Positions 17,419-25,146 of a DNA stretch of 32,000 nucleotides are shown in pieces. Location: NCBI GenBank assembly GCA_038736825.1, contig JAVYME010000006.1, positions 4,382 to 36,381 on the forward strand, given 5' to 3'. Numbering within the stretch: position 1 is the stretch's first letter; each line of letters opens with the position of its first letter. This DNA comes from Candidatus Iainarchaeum sp. GTDB lineage: Archaea; Iainarchaeota; Iainarchaeia; Iainarchaeales; DTGL01. The translations under genes and the position numbers were made by a program. A model generated the notes under the pieces. That model saw only the letters and a list, made by a program, of their open reading frames with translations. It did not search any database and was not told the DNA's origin.

Positions 17419-20400
17419 ATGCAATTGTTGTCTTTCCACAAAAAAAACCCTTTGCTTTTTTCACTGCTTTTATTTCTTTTTTTTGAAATTCCTGTTTTTG
17501 CAGCCAATCCTCCAGGCGATTGGAGCATGTACTGGTGGGAAAACGGTCAGCTCAAAAGATGGAATTTGGACACAGCGACAACCACTATTGTTGAAGGCGC
17601 TGTCAAGTCAGGCGAAACCACTCTTTTCATGAATCCTGACACAGGCGAACTCCAAATGATGACTCCGGAAACCCACGGAGCAGTGTTCGTAAAAGAAGAA
17701 GACAAAGACGCAATGACCGCAGAATACTATAAGGCACTAGAGGCGCACTATAAAGAGGAAGTAGACCAAGGACAAAAGGATTTTGCAGTTTGGACTGGTT
17801 CAGACGGAAAAACCTATGCTTACTCAAAGGGAGACTCATCGCCCAAAGAAGTGGAGTTAAAAGAAAGCGGGTATTTTGAGAAAGACGGGAAATACTATAA
17901 AGTGAATCCTGACACTAAAAAGGTTTATTCTGTTAGTGAAGAGGAATTCTTTGTTCATGGTACTAAAGAAGAATTTTGGGCTGTGAGTGAAGGCGATGAA
18001 GTTTTTTTGCTTAAGCGCGGTGATATGGAAGGAGAAGTTGAAAAGTATTCTGATGGGTGGCAAAGAACGGATGGAACTTATTTTTGGACTGGCAGTGAGA
18101 ATGATCCAATTTTTTATCGAGTAAGCCTAGATGGTAAAACAGTTGAAAAAATTGGAGTTGAAGAATACGTTGGTTTGTCGCCTGATTTAAGTCTAGAACA
18201 AAAGGCTTTTTTCAAAGACGCGCTTTTGTCTATGGCTTACGAATTAGTCGGTACCCCCAAGCAAGCTAAATTGGAGTATTTTTGCAAACTGTGTTTTGGA
18301 GAAGATACTGCTGAAGAGAGTTCTTATCTTTTGGATAGCATGACTAGTAATAACGTAGAGGGTTTGAATCTTACAGTTTTAGATAATTTAAGTTATGTTG
18401 ATAGTGGAAAGGGAATATTGTGTGGCCTTAACGGGATTTGCTATCCATACAATCCTGTTGGAGAGGCAAATTCACAACCAGTTGGTAGGATAGTGAAAGT
18501 TGGCAGTCAATATGTGTATGTTAGTGACAATGATAGCCAGCAGTATAAAGAGCAGCATGGAACGCAGTTAAGTGCCCTAGCAACACAAGCTGAATTAAGT
18601 GCAAGTGACAGAGTGGTTGTTGAAAAGCAAGCTTCAGGTGGCGCATCACCAAGTGATAGTAAAATAGGAGACCAAGATTTAACAGGCGTTGCATCTGGTT
18701 GCAGTGGTTTTGGTTGTAGTGGGGGGGATATAGGGGAAGAGCAGCAACCTGGTCTTGAAAGTTGCGCTACAGCGCTTTCTTGTTCTCATTATTATGCTCA
18801 AAATGTTTGCGGTTATAATTTGGATAATGGTTGTGGTGGCACTATTTCTTGTGTTTCCTGTCCGACTGGTTTTGTTTGTAGGAATGGTTCTTGTGCTTGC
18901 ACTCCTAAAACCGCTTGTTCTTTGCAAAGCAAGTGCGGTGAAGAGGATAATGGTTGTGGTGGTAAAATTTTTTGTGGTTCTTGTCCTGCTGGCTTGCAGT
19001 GTGACTTGCAATACAGGGAGTGCGTTCCAGAAAAGGAAAAAACTTATTTGGATTTGAGTGAAATAAGTGTTTTTGCTTATTCCAATTATGCAGTGCTTTC
19101 TTGGAATACTTCTGTTCCGTCTGATTCCATTGTTTTTCTTGGCAAAACGCCAGCACTTGGATTGCAGCAAAATGTTTCTTTTGCCACTAAAACCCATTCT
19201 CTTTTGTTGGAGGGTTTGCAGCCAGACTTAGTTTATTATTATAAAGTGCGGGTTGTTGCTGGCAGTGAATCTAGGGAAAGCTCTGGTTCCTTTAAAACGC
19301 TCAAGGTTGGCGCTGACACTGGACCATTGAAGGTGTTAATGGTTTCAGTTGACCCGCCTGGAAGGGCTGAATACGAGGGTTATGCTTTTTCTTTTACTGC
19401 TTTAACCAATTCTTTGAATCCTTCAGAGCTTGAATTTGAATGGGATTTTGGTGATGGTTTTGTTTCAAAGAAAGCAGGCTATGTTGTTTACCATTCATAT
19501 TATGGTTTGACTGAAAAGGAAAAAGATTTCAATGTAAGGGTGATTGCAAGGGATAAAAACGGTTTTAGTGCTGAAAGCAGTTTGACTGTCAAGGTTTTAA
19601 AAGCGGTTTTCAAGCCAGTTGTTTTGTCGCCAAGCCAGTTTGAATTGTTGTCAAAAAAAGGCAAGCTGGCTTTTTCAATTGTTTTTTTGGATGAACAGGA
19701 AAAAATGATTCCTTGCAAAAAAATAGTCTTAAAGGCTATTTTTGCAGGGCAAAGCATTGAAATGAAGTGCGATGACGGCAATCTTTTCAGTGGCTCTGTT
19801 TTGGGTTGGCATGGCTTGGATGAACTGGAATTGCTGGCAATTTATGCAAGCTATACTTTGGGTGAAAGGACTTATTTTGTTAAAACAAGGGCGCCAGTTT
19901 ATTTGGCTCCAGCCAGGATTTCTGTAAGTGACATTTTCAGGCAAAAAAAATATTTTTTGAATGATTCCCTTGGAAAAGCCAAAGCCAGGTTTTTGATTGA
20001 AAAAATAATGCTGGTTTTTCCCCAAAACCTAAAGGCACAGCTTGTTTCAAGCAATTGGTCAAAGGATGTAAACATTGAAAGACAGGAATACGATTACATT
20101 CTCTCTTTTGACCATGTTGTAAGTGAAACCGATTTATTGGAGGGCTTAAAGCTGAAATTGGAGGGCAGGGATTCGCATGGAAACATTGTTGCAGAACTAA
20201 TAGAATTGCCTCTTGAAAAAAGCAATCCAGAGCTAAGAATTGAATTGATTGAACCAATAGAGGGCAGTAGTGGTTTTGCTTTTGGGCAAAGGCTTAGGGT
20301 TAGAGCCAAAGCAATTCATAAAAGCCCTTCCCTTAAAAACAAAGCCTTGTTTTTGGAATGCGGGCGCCTTGATCTTTTTACTGGAATGGAGTTTGATTCA

Positions 20401-21312
20401 ACCAAAAAAGAATATTTTTCTGAAATATTGCTGCCATTGCCTGGTTTTGGTAATGCAACAATTTTGTGCAGTGTTCACGCTTACGGTTTTGAGGGCGAAA
20501 GGCAAGTGGAAAGCGTTGCCCACTTCACAGTAAATCTTTCAGGCAACCTTGGAATAGAATTTGTTTTGCCATCACAAGGCAATTTCAAGGTTTTTGGTGG
20601 GCGCGTGGGACAATTAAGGGTTAAATTGTTGCAAGAGAACGGCAAACCCTTTGAAGGACTGGATGTCAATGCAGTTTTAGTGGTTGACGGCAAAACAATG
20701 GAGAAAACCTTAAAGTTTGATTCTTGGAGTGGAGTGCACTATGCAGACCTTGATTCACCCCTTGAAGCAGGCCAGCATTCTCTGGCTGTTTCGTTATCCC
20801 AGCCATTCCAGGGAAACAATGAAATTTTGACAGTGATTGAAGAGGATGTTTTCGCTGGCTTTTTGCTTTCAAGCTTGGTTTTGCTAATTGTTGTTGGCTT
20901 GCTTGTTTGGTTTTTTTGGTTTTTTTCCAGAAATGCTTTGGCTGAAAGAAAGGCGTTGTTGGCTGAAAAGCAAAAGCTTTTGGGTTTAAGGAAAAAATAC
21001 AAGTTTGAGTTTTTCAAAAGGCATATAAGTGAAAAGGAATTCAGAGAGCGCTCGAAGGCAATCGACAAGTCCTTGGAATTGGTTTCTGGAATGCTAAGGC
21101 ATGGCGCATGGGTTCGCGTTGGATTAATGAAAACAATTTATCGAACAAATGATATCAAAAAACTGCCTTTGAAAGCGCAAGCGGAAGCGCTTTGCATAAG
21201 GCTTGCTGGCAAAAGCGGAGAGTTTTCCAGAATAGAGGTTGCCAAAACGCTTTTAAGCGAAGGCTATCAAGAAAAAACCATAAACGAGGTATTGGACAGG
21301 CTTTTTAAGTGA
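17419..21312 (+). CDS. Giant type I membrane surface protein: signal peptide, W/Y/G-rich repeat region, two Cys modules, FN3-like and PKD domains, Ig-like repeats, TM helix, SHOCT-like cytoplasmic tail
   Basis: 1297-aa ORF. Signal peptide is LLFSLLLFLFFEIPVFAA. Cys modules are CGYNLDNGCGGTISCVSCPTGFVCRNGSC and CGEEDNGCGGKIFCGSCPAGLQC. PKD signature is LEFEWDFGDGF...VRVIARDKNGFSAESS. TM segment is FLLSSLVLLIVVGLLVWFFWFF. The tail contains FEFFKRHISEKEFRERSKAI. Confidence 0.88.
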   Translation: MQLLSFHKKNPLLFSLLLFLFFEIPVFAANPPGDWSMYWWENGQLKRWNLDTATTTIVEGAVKSGETTLFMNPDTGELQMMTPETHGAVFVKEEDKDAMTAEYYKALEAHYKEEVDQGQKDFAVWTGSDGKTYAYSKGDSSPKEVELKESGYFEKDGKYYKVNPDTKKVYSVSEEEFFVHGTKEEFWAVSEGDEVFLLKRGDMEGEVEKYSDGWQRTDGTYFWTGSENDPIFYRVSLDGKTVEKIGVEEYVGLSPDLSLEQKAFFKDALLSMAYELVGTPKQAKLEYFCKLCFGEDTAEESSYLLDSMTSNNVEGLNLTVLDNLSYVDSGKGILCGLNGICYPYNPVGEANSQPVGRIVKVGSQYVYVSDNDSQQYKEQHGTQLSALATQAELSASDRVVVEKQASGGASPSDSKIGDQDLTGVASGCSGFGCSGGDIGEEQQPGLESCATALSCSHYYAQNVCGYNLDNGCGGTISCVSCPTGFVCRNGSCACTPKTACSLQSKCGEEDNGCGGKIFCGSCPAGLQCDLQYRECVPEKEKTYLDLSEISVFAYSNYAVLSWNTSVPSDSIVFLGKTPALGLQQNVSFATKTHSLLLEGLQPDLVYYYKVRVVAGSESRESSGSFKTLKVGADTGPLKVLMVSVDPPGRAEYEGYAFSFTALTNSLNPSELEFEWDFGDGFVSKKAGYVVYHSYYGLTEKEKDFNVRVIARDKNGFSAESSLTVKVLKAVFKPVVLSPSQFELLSKKGKLAFSIVFLDEQEKMIPCKKIVLKAIFAGQSIEMKCDDGNLFSGSVLGWHGLDELELLAIYASYTLGERTYFVKTRAPVYLAPARISVSDIFRQKKYFLNDSLGKAKARFLIEKIMLVFPQNLKAQLVSSNWSKDVNIERQEYDYILSFDHVVSETDLLEGLKLKLEGRDSHGNIVAELIELPLEKSNPELRIELIEPIEGSSGFAFGQRLRVRAKAIHKSPSLKNKALFLECGRLDLFTGMEFDSTKKEYFSEILLPLPGFGNATILCSVHAYGFEGERQVESVAHFTVNLSGNLGIEFVLPSQGNFKVFGGRVGQLRVKLLQENGKPFEGLDVNAVLVVDGKTMEKTLKFDSWSGVHYADLDSPLEAGQHSLAVSLSQPFQGNNEILTVIEEDVFAGFLLSSLVLLIVVGLLVWFFWFFSRNALAERKALLAEKQKLLGLRKKYKFEFFKRHISEKEFRERSKAIDKSLELVSGMLRHGAWVRVGLMKTIYRTNDIKKLPLKAQAEALCIRLAGKSGEFSRIEVAKTLLSEGYQEKTINEVLDRLFK

Positions 21313-21327
21313 AAAAAGCCAATCCCG

Positions 21328-21336
21328 TTTTTTTTT
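21328..21336 (+). terminator. Oligo-T (T9) archaeal terminator candidate after the 1297-aa gene
   Basis: The T9 run starts 16 nt after the stop codon. Confidence 0.5.
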
Positions 21337-21361
21337 AATCCTTTCACTCTTATATATTGGC

Positions 21362-22312
21362 ATGCAAAAATGCGCTTTTGTTGTTACAAGGCAACAAATA
21401 GATGGTTATTTGAAATTAATGCGTCCAATGGAGTGGAGCAAGAGCGCTGGCAACATGATTATTGCGGGCGTTATTGCGGCTTTCGCTTACCCTGGAATTG
21501 CTTCTTTTTTGTCGCTTGAATTTGCAATGGGCTTGATTTCAGTTATTCTCTTGTGGTCTGGCTTGTATGCTTTGAATGATGTAATGGACTGGCAAGAGGA
21601 TGCCCAGCACGCAGTTAAAAAGAAAAGACCAATTCCGGCTGGAATTGTTTCACCAAACGCTGCACTCACTTTTTCCTATTTATTGTTGTTTTTTTCTCTT
21701 GGCTTGGCGCTCTTATTGCATAACTCTTTGTTCTTTTTATGTCTTTTGGCAATGTTCATAAACCAGATAATGTACACTTCTGAGCCTTTTTCTTTCAAAA
21801 AGAGACCGTTTTTGGACATTATAAGCGGTTCTGTCATAAACCCTATTTTCAGGTTTTATTCTGGTTGGATTTTGCTGGTTGGCTCTTTCAATGCACCACT
21901 CTTGGCTTTAGTGTTTGTTGTTGGCTTGCAAGTTGGCGGTTATGGCTTGTATCGCTTGATGAGCATAGAGCATGAAAAAAAACTCGGGTATGCTGGAAGC
22001 ATGACGCGCTTTAATGAAAGAGTGCTTAAATGGTTTTTTTATTTTGCAATCCTTGCCGGCGGCTTAGCATATTTTGCCATGTGCTTGAGCCCAATTCTTT
22101 TTGAGGGAAAGATTCTGCCAAGCCTTCCAGGTTCTGGCAGCCTGCCACCCAAATACAGTGTGCTAGGCATAGCCTCAATTTTGTTGTTTCCATTCTATTT
22201 GCCTTTTTTGAGAAAACCGGAAAAGGCGGCAATGGAAAAAGCCTACAAACTCCTTTATTTCCATTATCTCTTCTTTATAGGCGGTTTTTTGCTCTTGTAC
22301 TTTTTGTTTTAA
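21362..22312 (+). CDS. UbiA-superfamily membrane prenyltransferase
   Basis: 316 aa and polytopic. The first Asp-rich motif is YALNDVMDWQEDAQHAVKKKRPIPAG (NDxxDxxxD followed by RPxPxG). The N-terminal YLKLMRP is typical of the family. The second motif position reads SIEHEKKLGY. Confidence 0.8.
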   Translation: MQKCAFVVTRQQIDGYLKLMRPMEWSKSAGNMIIAGVIAAFAYPGIASFLSLEFAMGLISVILLWSGLYALNDVMDWQEDAQHAVKKKRPIPAGIVSPNAALTFSYLLLFFSLGLALLLHNSLFFLCLLAMFINQIMYTSEPFSFKKRPFLDIISGSVINPIFRFYSGWILLVGSFNAPLLALVFVVGLQVGGYGLYRLMSIEHEKKLGYAGSMTRFNERVLKWFFYFAILAGGLAYFAMCLSPILFEGKILPSLPGSGSLPPKYSVLGIASILLFPFYLPFLRKPEKAAMEKAYKLLYFHYLFFIGGFLLLYFLF

Positions 22313-22438
22313 AAAAAAGCGTGGTTTTTCAATTCAAGAGCGAAAAAATTCACGACAAAGGCATTGTTGAAGAAAAACTTGACACAATCCAGCCCAATAT
22401 TAAAAACGATAAAAGCAAAAACAAAACAACAAACACTA

Positions 22439-22951
22439 TTAGTGGAAGATTATTGCTGCCAAAACCGCTTTAAAAGTGCTGATTTCCTGAACATGTTTTA
22501 CCAAAAGCACGCTCAATGCCATCCAGTAAAGGCCGGCTGCAACCAAAGCCAGAAAAGCTAGGGGTGTAATGCCGGCAAGCCCTGGAAAAAGCTTTACTAG
22601 AATTGAAAAAATTGAATGCAATAAAAGGATTGTGCCAGTAAAGGCTGCTTCCAAAGTGAAAATGGCTGCAAGGGTTGAATGAAACGCTTCCTTTCCCCCC
22701 AAAAACCTGCAAAAAACAAAAATAAGGGCATTGCCAAAAAAAACTGTTGCAAGAGACACAAAAAACCCAATAATTAAAAACAAAAAATCTATTTGCTTTG
22801 AAAGAAGAACCCCTTCAAGAAAGAAAGTTACAAGATGCCATGTCAAAAGAGCAAAAACAAAGCCAGCAATTGCTTTGCTTAGCTCGGTATTGTCAGTTGC
22901 AATTTGTTCTGGTTTTTTTTTTGTAAAAAACAATGTTAAGCCAGTCGCCAA
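22439..22951 (-). CDS. Polytopic membrane protein, possibly Yip1-domain family (TTG start; no in-frame ATG near the N-terminus)
   Basis: 170-aa ORF with 4-5 hydrophobic helices. The family call rests only on overall architecture and the N-terminal pattern. Confidence 0.5.
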   Translation of the reverse strand: MATGLTLFFTKKKPEQIATDNTELSKAIAGFVFALLTWHLVTFFLEGVLLSKQIDFLFLIIGFFVSLATVFFGNALIFVFCRFLGGKEAFHSTLAAIFTLEAAFTGTILLLHSIFSILVKLFPGLAGITPLAFLALVAAGLYWMALSVLLVKHVQEISTFKAVLAAIIFH

Positions 22952-23136
22952 AAACTGACACTCAAACTCCCCACAAAAATTCTCAAACTCTTGTTTTAGA
23001 GCTTTTTAAAGCCAATACTCTAAGGGCAATAGAGGTATTTAATTCTTTTTATTGCTTGAAATTTGCAGAAAAAAAGTTTTTTGCAATACTTTGCACTGAA
23101 TTGGGGTTAAAAGAATATAAGTGTGCAAAAGCTGGC

Positions 23137-23182
23137 AAAAAAAACAGGGTTTTTAGTTTTGAGCGGAATGTCAACCCTGTTT
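23137..23182 (-). terminator. Hairpin plus T8 terminator downstream of the eL41-like ORF
   Basis: The minus strand has a perfect 9-bp stem (AACAGGGTT ... AACCCTGTT) followed directly by TTTTTTTT. Confidence 0.55.
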
Positions 23183-23195
23183 AATTTTTGAGCCT

Positions 23196-23327
23196 TTAAG
23201 TCTTGGCTCTTTCCCTCAAATACTTGTGCTTGCGGTGTTTTCTGCGATACTTTTTTTTAGTCCACTTCCAGCGCTGTCTTGCCCTGGTTTTTTTAAAGCG
23301 CGATGAATCTTTTGCTCTTCTGCTCAC
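23196..23327 (-). CDS. rpl41e: Small basic protein resembling ribosomal protein eL41 (L41e), 43 aa, below the ORF-track size cut-off
   Basis: Hand translation from the GTG gives VSRRAKDSSRFKKTRARQRWKWTKKKYRRKHRKHKYLRERAKT. The R-x-R-W-K-W-x-K-K-x-x-R-R core resembles archaeal L41e as I recall it. The TATA palindrome TTTATAAA lies at 23375-23382, GGGGAT lies 4 nt before the GTG, and a terminator follows. Confidence 0.55.
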   Translation of the reverse strand: MSRRAKDSSRFKKTRARQRWKWTKKKYRRKHRKHKYLRERAKT

Positions 23328-23389
23328 AAAATCCCCAAAAACAATATTGCTTTCAATAAATTCGCTGAAACAAATTTATAAACATTGCG

Positions 23390-23743
23390 CTAAAAATCCT
23401 TTTTTTGCTTTTTTGCATAAAACGCTTTCAAAATGTCTTGTCCAAGCATTTGCTCGCACAAATCCATTTCCTCTCTTGAAGCCTCAAACTCCTCCAAAAA
23501 CAATACAAACTCTTTAAACCATTCCTTTTGAAAATGATAACAGCCATTCACTCCAACAATAAAGCCATTCAATTCCAGTTCTTCAAGCGCTGCAAGCAAG
23601 GAATTAAGGCTTGCGCTCGCACTCTTTTTTGAAACCAAATCCATTATCTGGCTTTTGTTCAAGCCTTCCTCTCTTGCAAGACAGGACAATGCCTCCCGAA
23701 AAGGGCTTTTTCCCAAATATGACAAGAATTGAAGTTCTTCCAT
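23390..23743 (-). CDS. Small putative winged-helix DNA-binding protein
   Basis: The preferred start is the ATG at 23743 (MEELQFLSYLGK...), because the TATA box at 23769-23776 nearly abuts the track start at 23767. The helix-turn-helix-like stretch is LNKSQIMDLVSKKSASASLNSLLAALEELELNGFIV. Confidence 0.45.
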   Translation of the reverse strand: MEELQFLSYLGKSPFREALSCLAREEGLNKSQIMDLVSKKSASASLNSLLAALEELELNGFIVGVNGCYHFQKEWFKEFVLFLEEFEASREEMDLCEQMLGQDILKAFYAKKQKKDF

Positions 23744-23768
23744 GACAATAACCAAAACACAATTCATA

Positions 23769-23776
23769 TATTTAAA
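23769..23776 (-). promoter_or_regulatory. TATA box (TTTAAATA) for the leaderless 23390-23743 transcript
   Basis: The minus strand reads tcTTTAAATAtatgaattgtgttttggttattgtcATG, with 25 nt between the box and the ATG. Confidence 0.5.
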
Positions 23777-23904
23777 GATTGCGGTTTCTCAAGCAAAGCA
23801 TTTTAAATCCCAGAACAGCAATGTTTGCCATGCATTGGCTCAAGCCAAACAAAATAAAGCCCTGCTTGAAGGTTTTTCCATTGCAGGGTTTTTCTGAAAC
23901 CGTT

Positions 23905-24786
23905 TTATTGCTTTTGGAATGCGTTTTGCACTAGGTTTGGCTCGAATGCCTCTGGCACTTTGCCGGTTTTCGCATAAATGTATAATGCTGCGTTGAAAAT
24001 GCCTTCAATGCTTGCTTTCAGTATGCTGAGAGCCAAAACATAAATTATGAAGACAACCAAGGCAATCATAATGAAAAGCGAGTTGCCTAAAACAATGGCT
24101 GGCACAATCAGCACAATGCCCCCAAAAAACATTAAAATGAAAAAAATAAAGCCAATTGAAGCACCGCCTACCACTTGTTCACCCCAGGTTTTCTTTAAGA
24201 GTTCGCCTGACCTCTTGATTGCCTCAAAAGGCCCAATTCCTTCAAAAACCATTATGGGTACCACGAAAAAGGTTAAAAGGCTCCAAGCCATTCCCATTGC
24301 TGAAACCAGTATTTGGGCCAAAAAATTGCCTCCTCTTCCGTTCCTGCCTGAGGCTGCGTTTTGGAGGGTTTTAAGCAATAAACCGATTGTGGCGGCAATC
24401 AAAGCCCAAACAAAGATTTTGCCAATGTTTTTGAAGGCATTGTTCAAGCCGTCACTGACAGTTGGATCGCCGCCGTTCAATCTTATGTGCGCGCAAGTGA
24501 TTAAACCGACATTGAAAAAAATAACTATAAAATAACTCAAAAAATAAAACGCAAAAAGTGATAAAATAAGGATTGGAGTGAGAGGGGAGTTTTCTTCAGT
24601 AACAGCAATGTTGCCGTATTCGTCAGATGGCGGGGATAAAAGAACTATTGGAACAATAAAGGAAACCAGCAATAAAATTGTTGTTATTCCAGTAAGGACT
24701 GGGAAAAGCATTATCTCCTTGTCTTTTTTCAAAACCTCAAGGCTTGCCTTAATCAAATCAATGCTTCTGGAAATGCTTCCAAACAT
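23905..24786 (-). CDS. Polytopic membrane protein, DUF6159-like
   Basis: The preferred start is the ATG at 24786 (MFGSISRSIDLIKASLEVLKKDKEIMLFPVL...), with Shine-Dalgarno GGTGAT 6 nt upstream. The track start at 24792 is a GTG directly abutting that SD. There are about 6 TM helices. The family call is from the remembered N-terminal pattern. Confidence 0.6.
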   Translation of the reverse strand: MFGSISRSIDLIKASLEVLKKDKEIMLFPVLTGITTILLLVSFIVPIVLLSPPSDEYGNIAVTEENSPLTPILILSLFAFYFLSYFIVIFFNVGLITCAHIRLNGGDPTVSDGLNNAFKNIGKIFVWALIAATIGLLLKTLQNAASGRNGRGGNFLAQILVSAMGMAWSLLTFFVVPIMVFEGIGPFEAIKRSGELLKKTWGEQVVGGASIGFIFFILMFFGGIVLIVPAIVLGNSLFIMIALVVFIIYVLALSILKASIEGIFNAALYIYAKTGKVPEAFEPNLVQNAFQKQ

Positions 24787-25146
24787 TTTCACATCACCGC
24801 CAAAAATATAATTAATAAGTAAAGGTTAGGGGTTTTTTATTGTTTCGCTTTTAGGAAAGCACTTCGTTTTTTTTTTAATCCTTTTCAGCATAGAATGTAA
24901 TTATATGCTGGCTTGAGCGCACGCAAGTTGAACCTTCAGTCAAGCGTTCCTTGAAAGAAGTAAAGCAAAATTTAAGGCAAATGAGTGGCATAATGGTTTC
25001 AGAAAAGTTTTACCTTTTTGCAAGAAACCCAGGGGGCAAGGGCATTGCTTGCAATGGGCTTGAATGCCCATTTTCTTCAAAAAAATTAGCCTTTTTTTGT
25101 GCACAGTCCTTCCTAAAGCAAAAAATTATATATAAGGTAGAATAAT

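Noticed and set aside
14844-25134. TATA-like elements at 14844-14852 (minus) and 25125-25134 (plus) as leaderless promoters
   Set aside because: They lie only about 12 nt from the respective ATGs, too close for an archaeal TATA-to-start distance. The real promoters are probably elsewhere, or these genes use short leaders.
24951-25145. 64-aa ORF (54 aa from the ATG at 24981) ending 1 nt before the first gene of the surface cluster
   Set aside because: The TTG start, the absence of a recognisable motif, and the AT-rich promoter-like element inside it argue against coding. The stop/start proximity keeps it as a weak possibility only. A short structured region (gggcatt...aatgccc, 25041-25070) also lies here.
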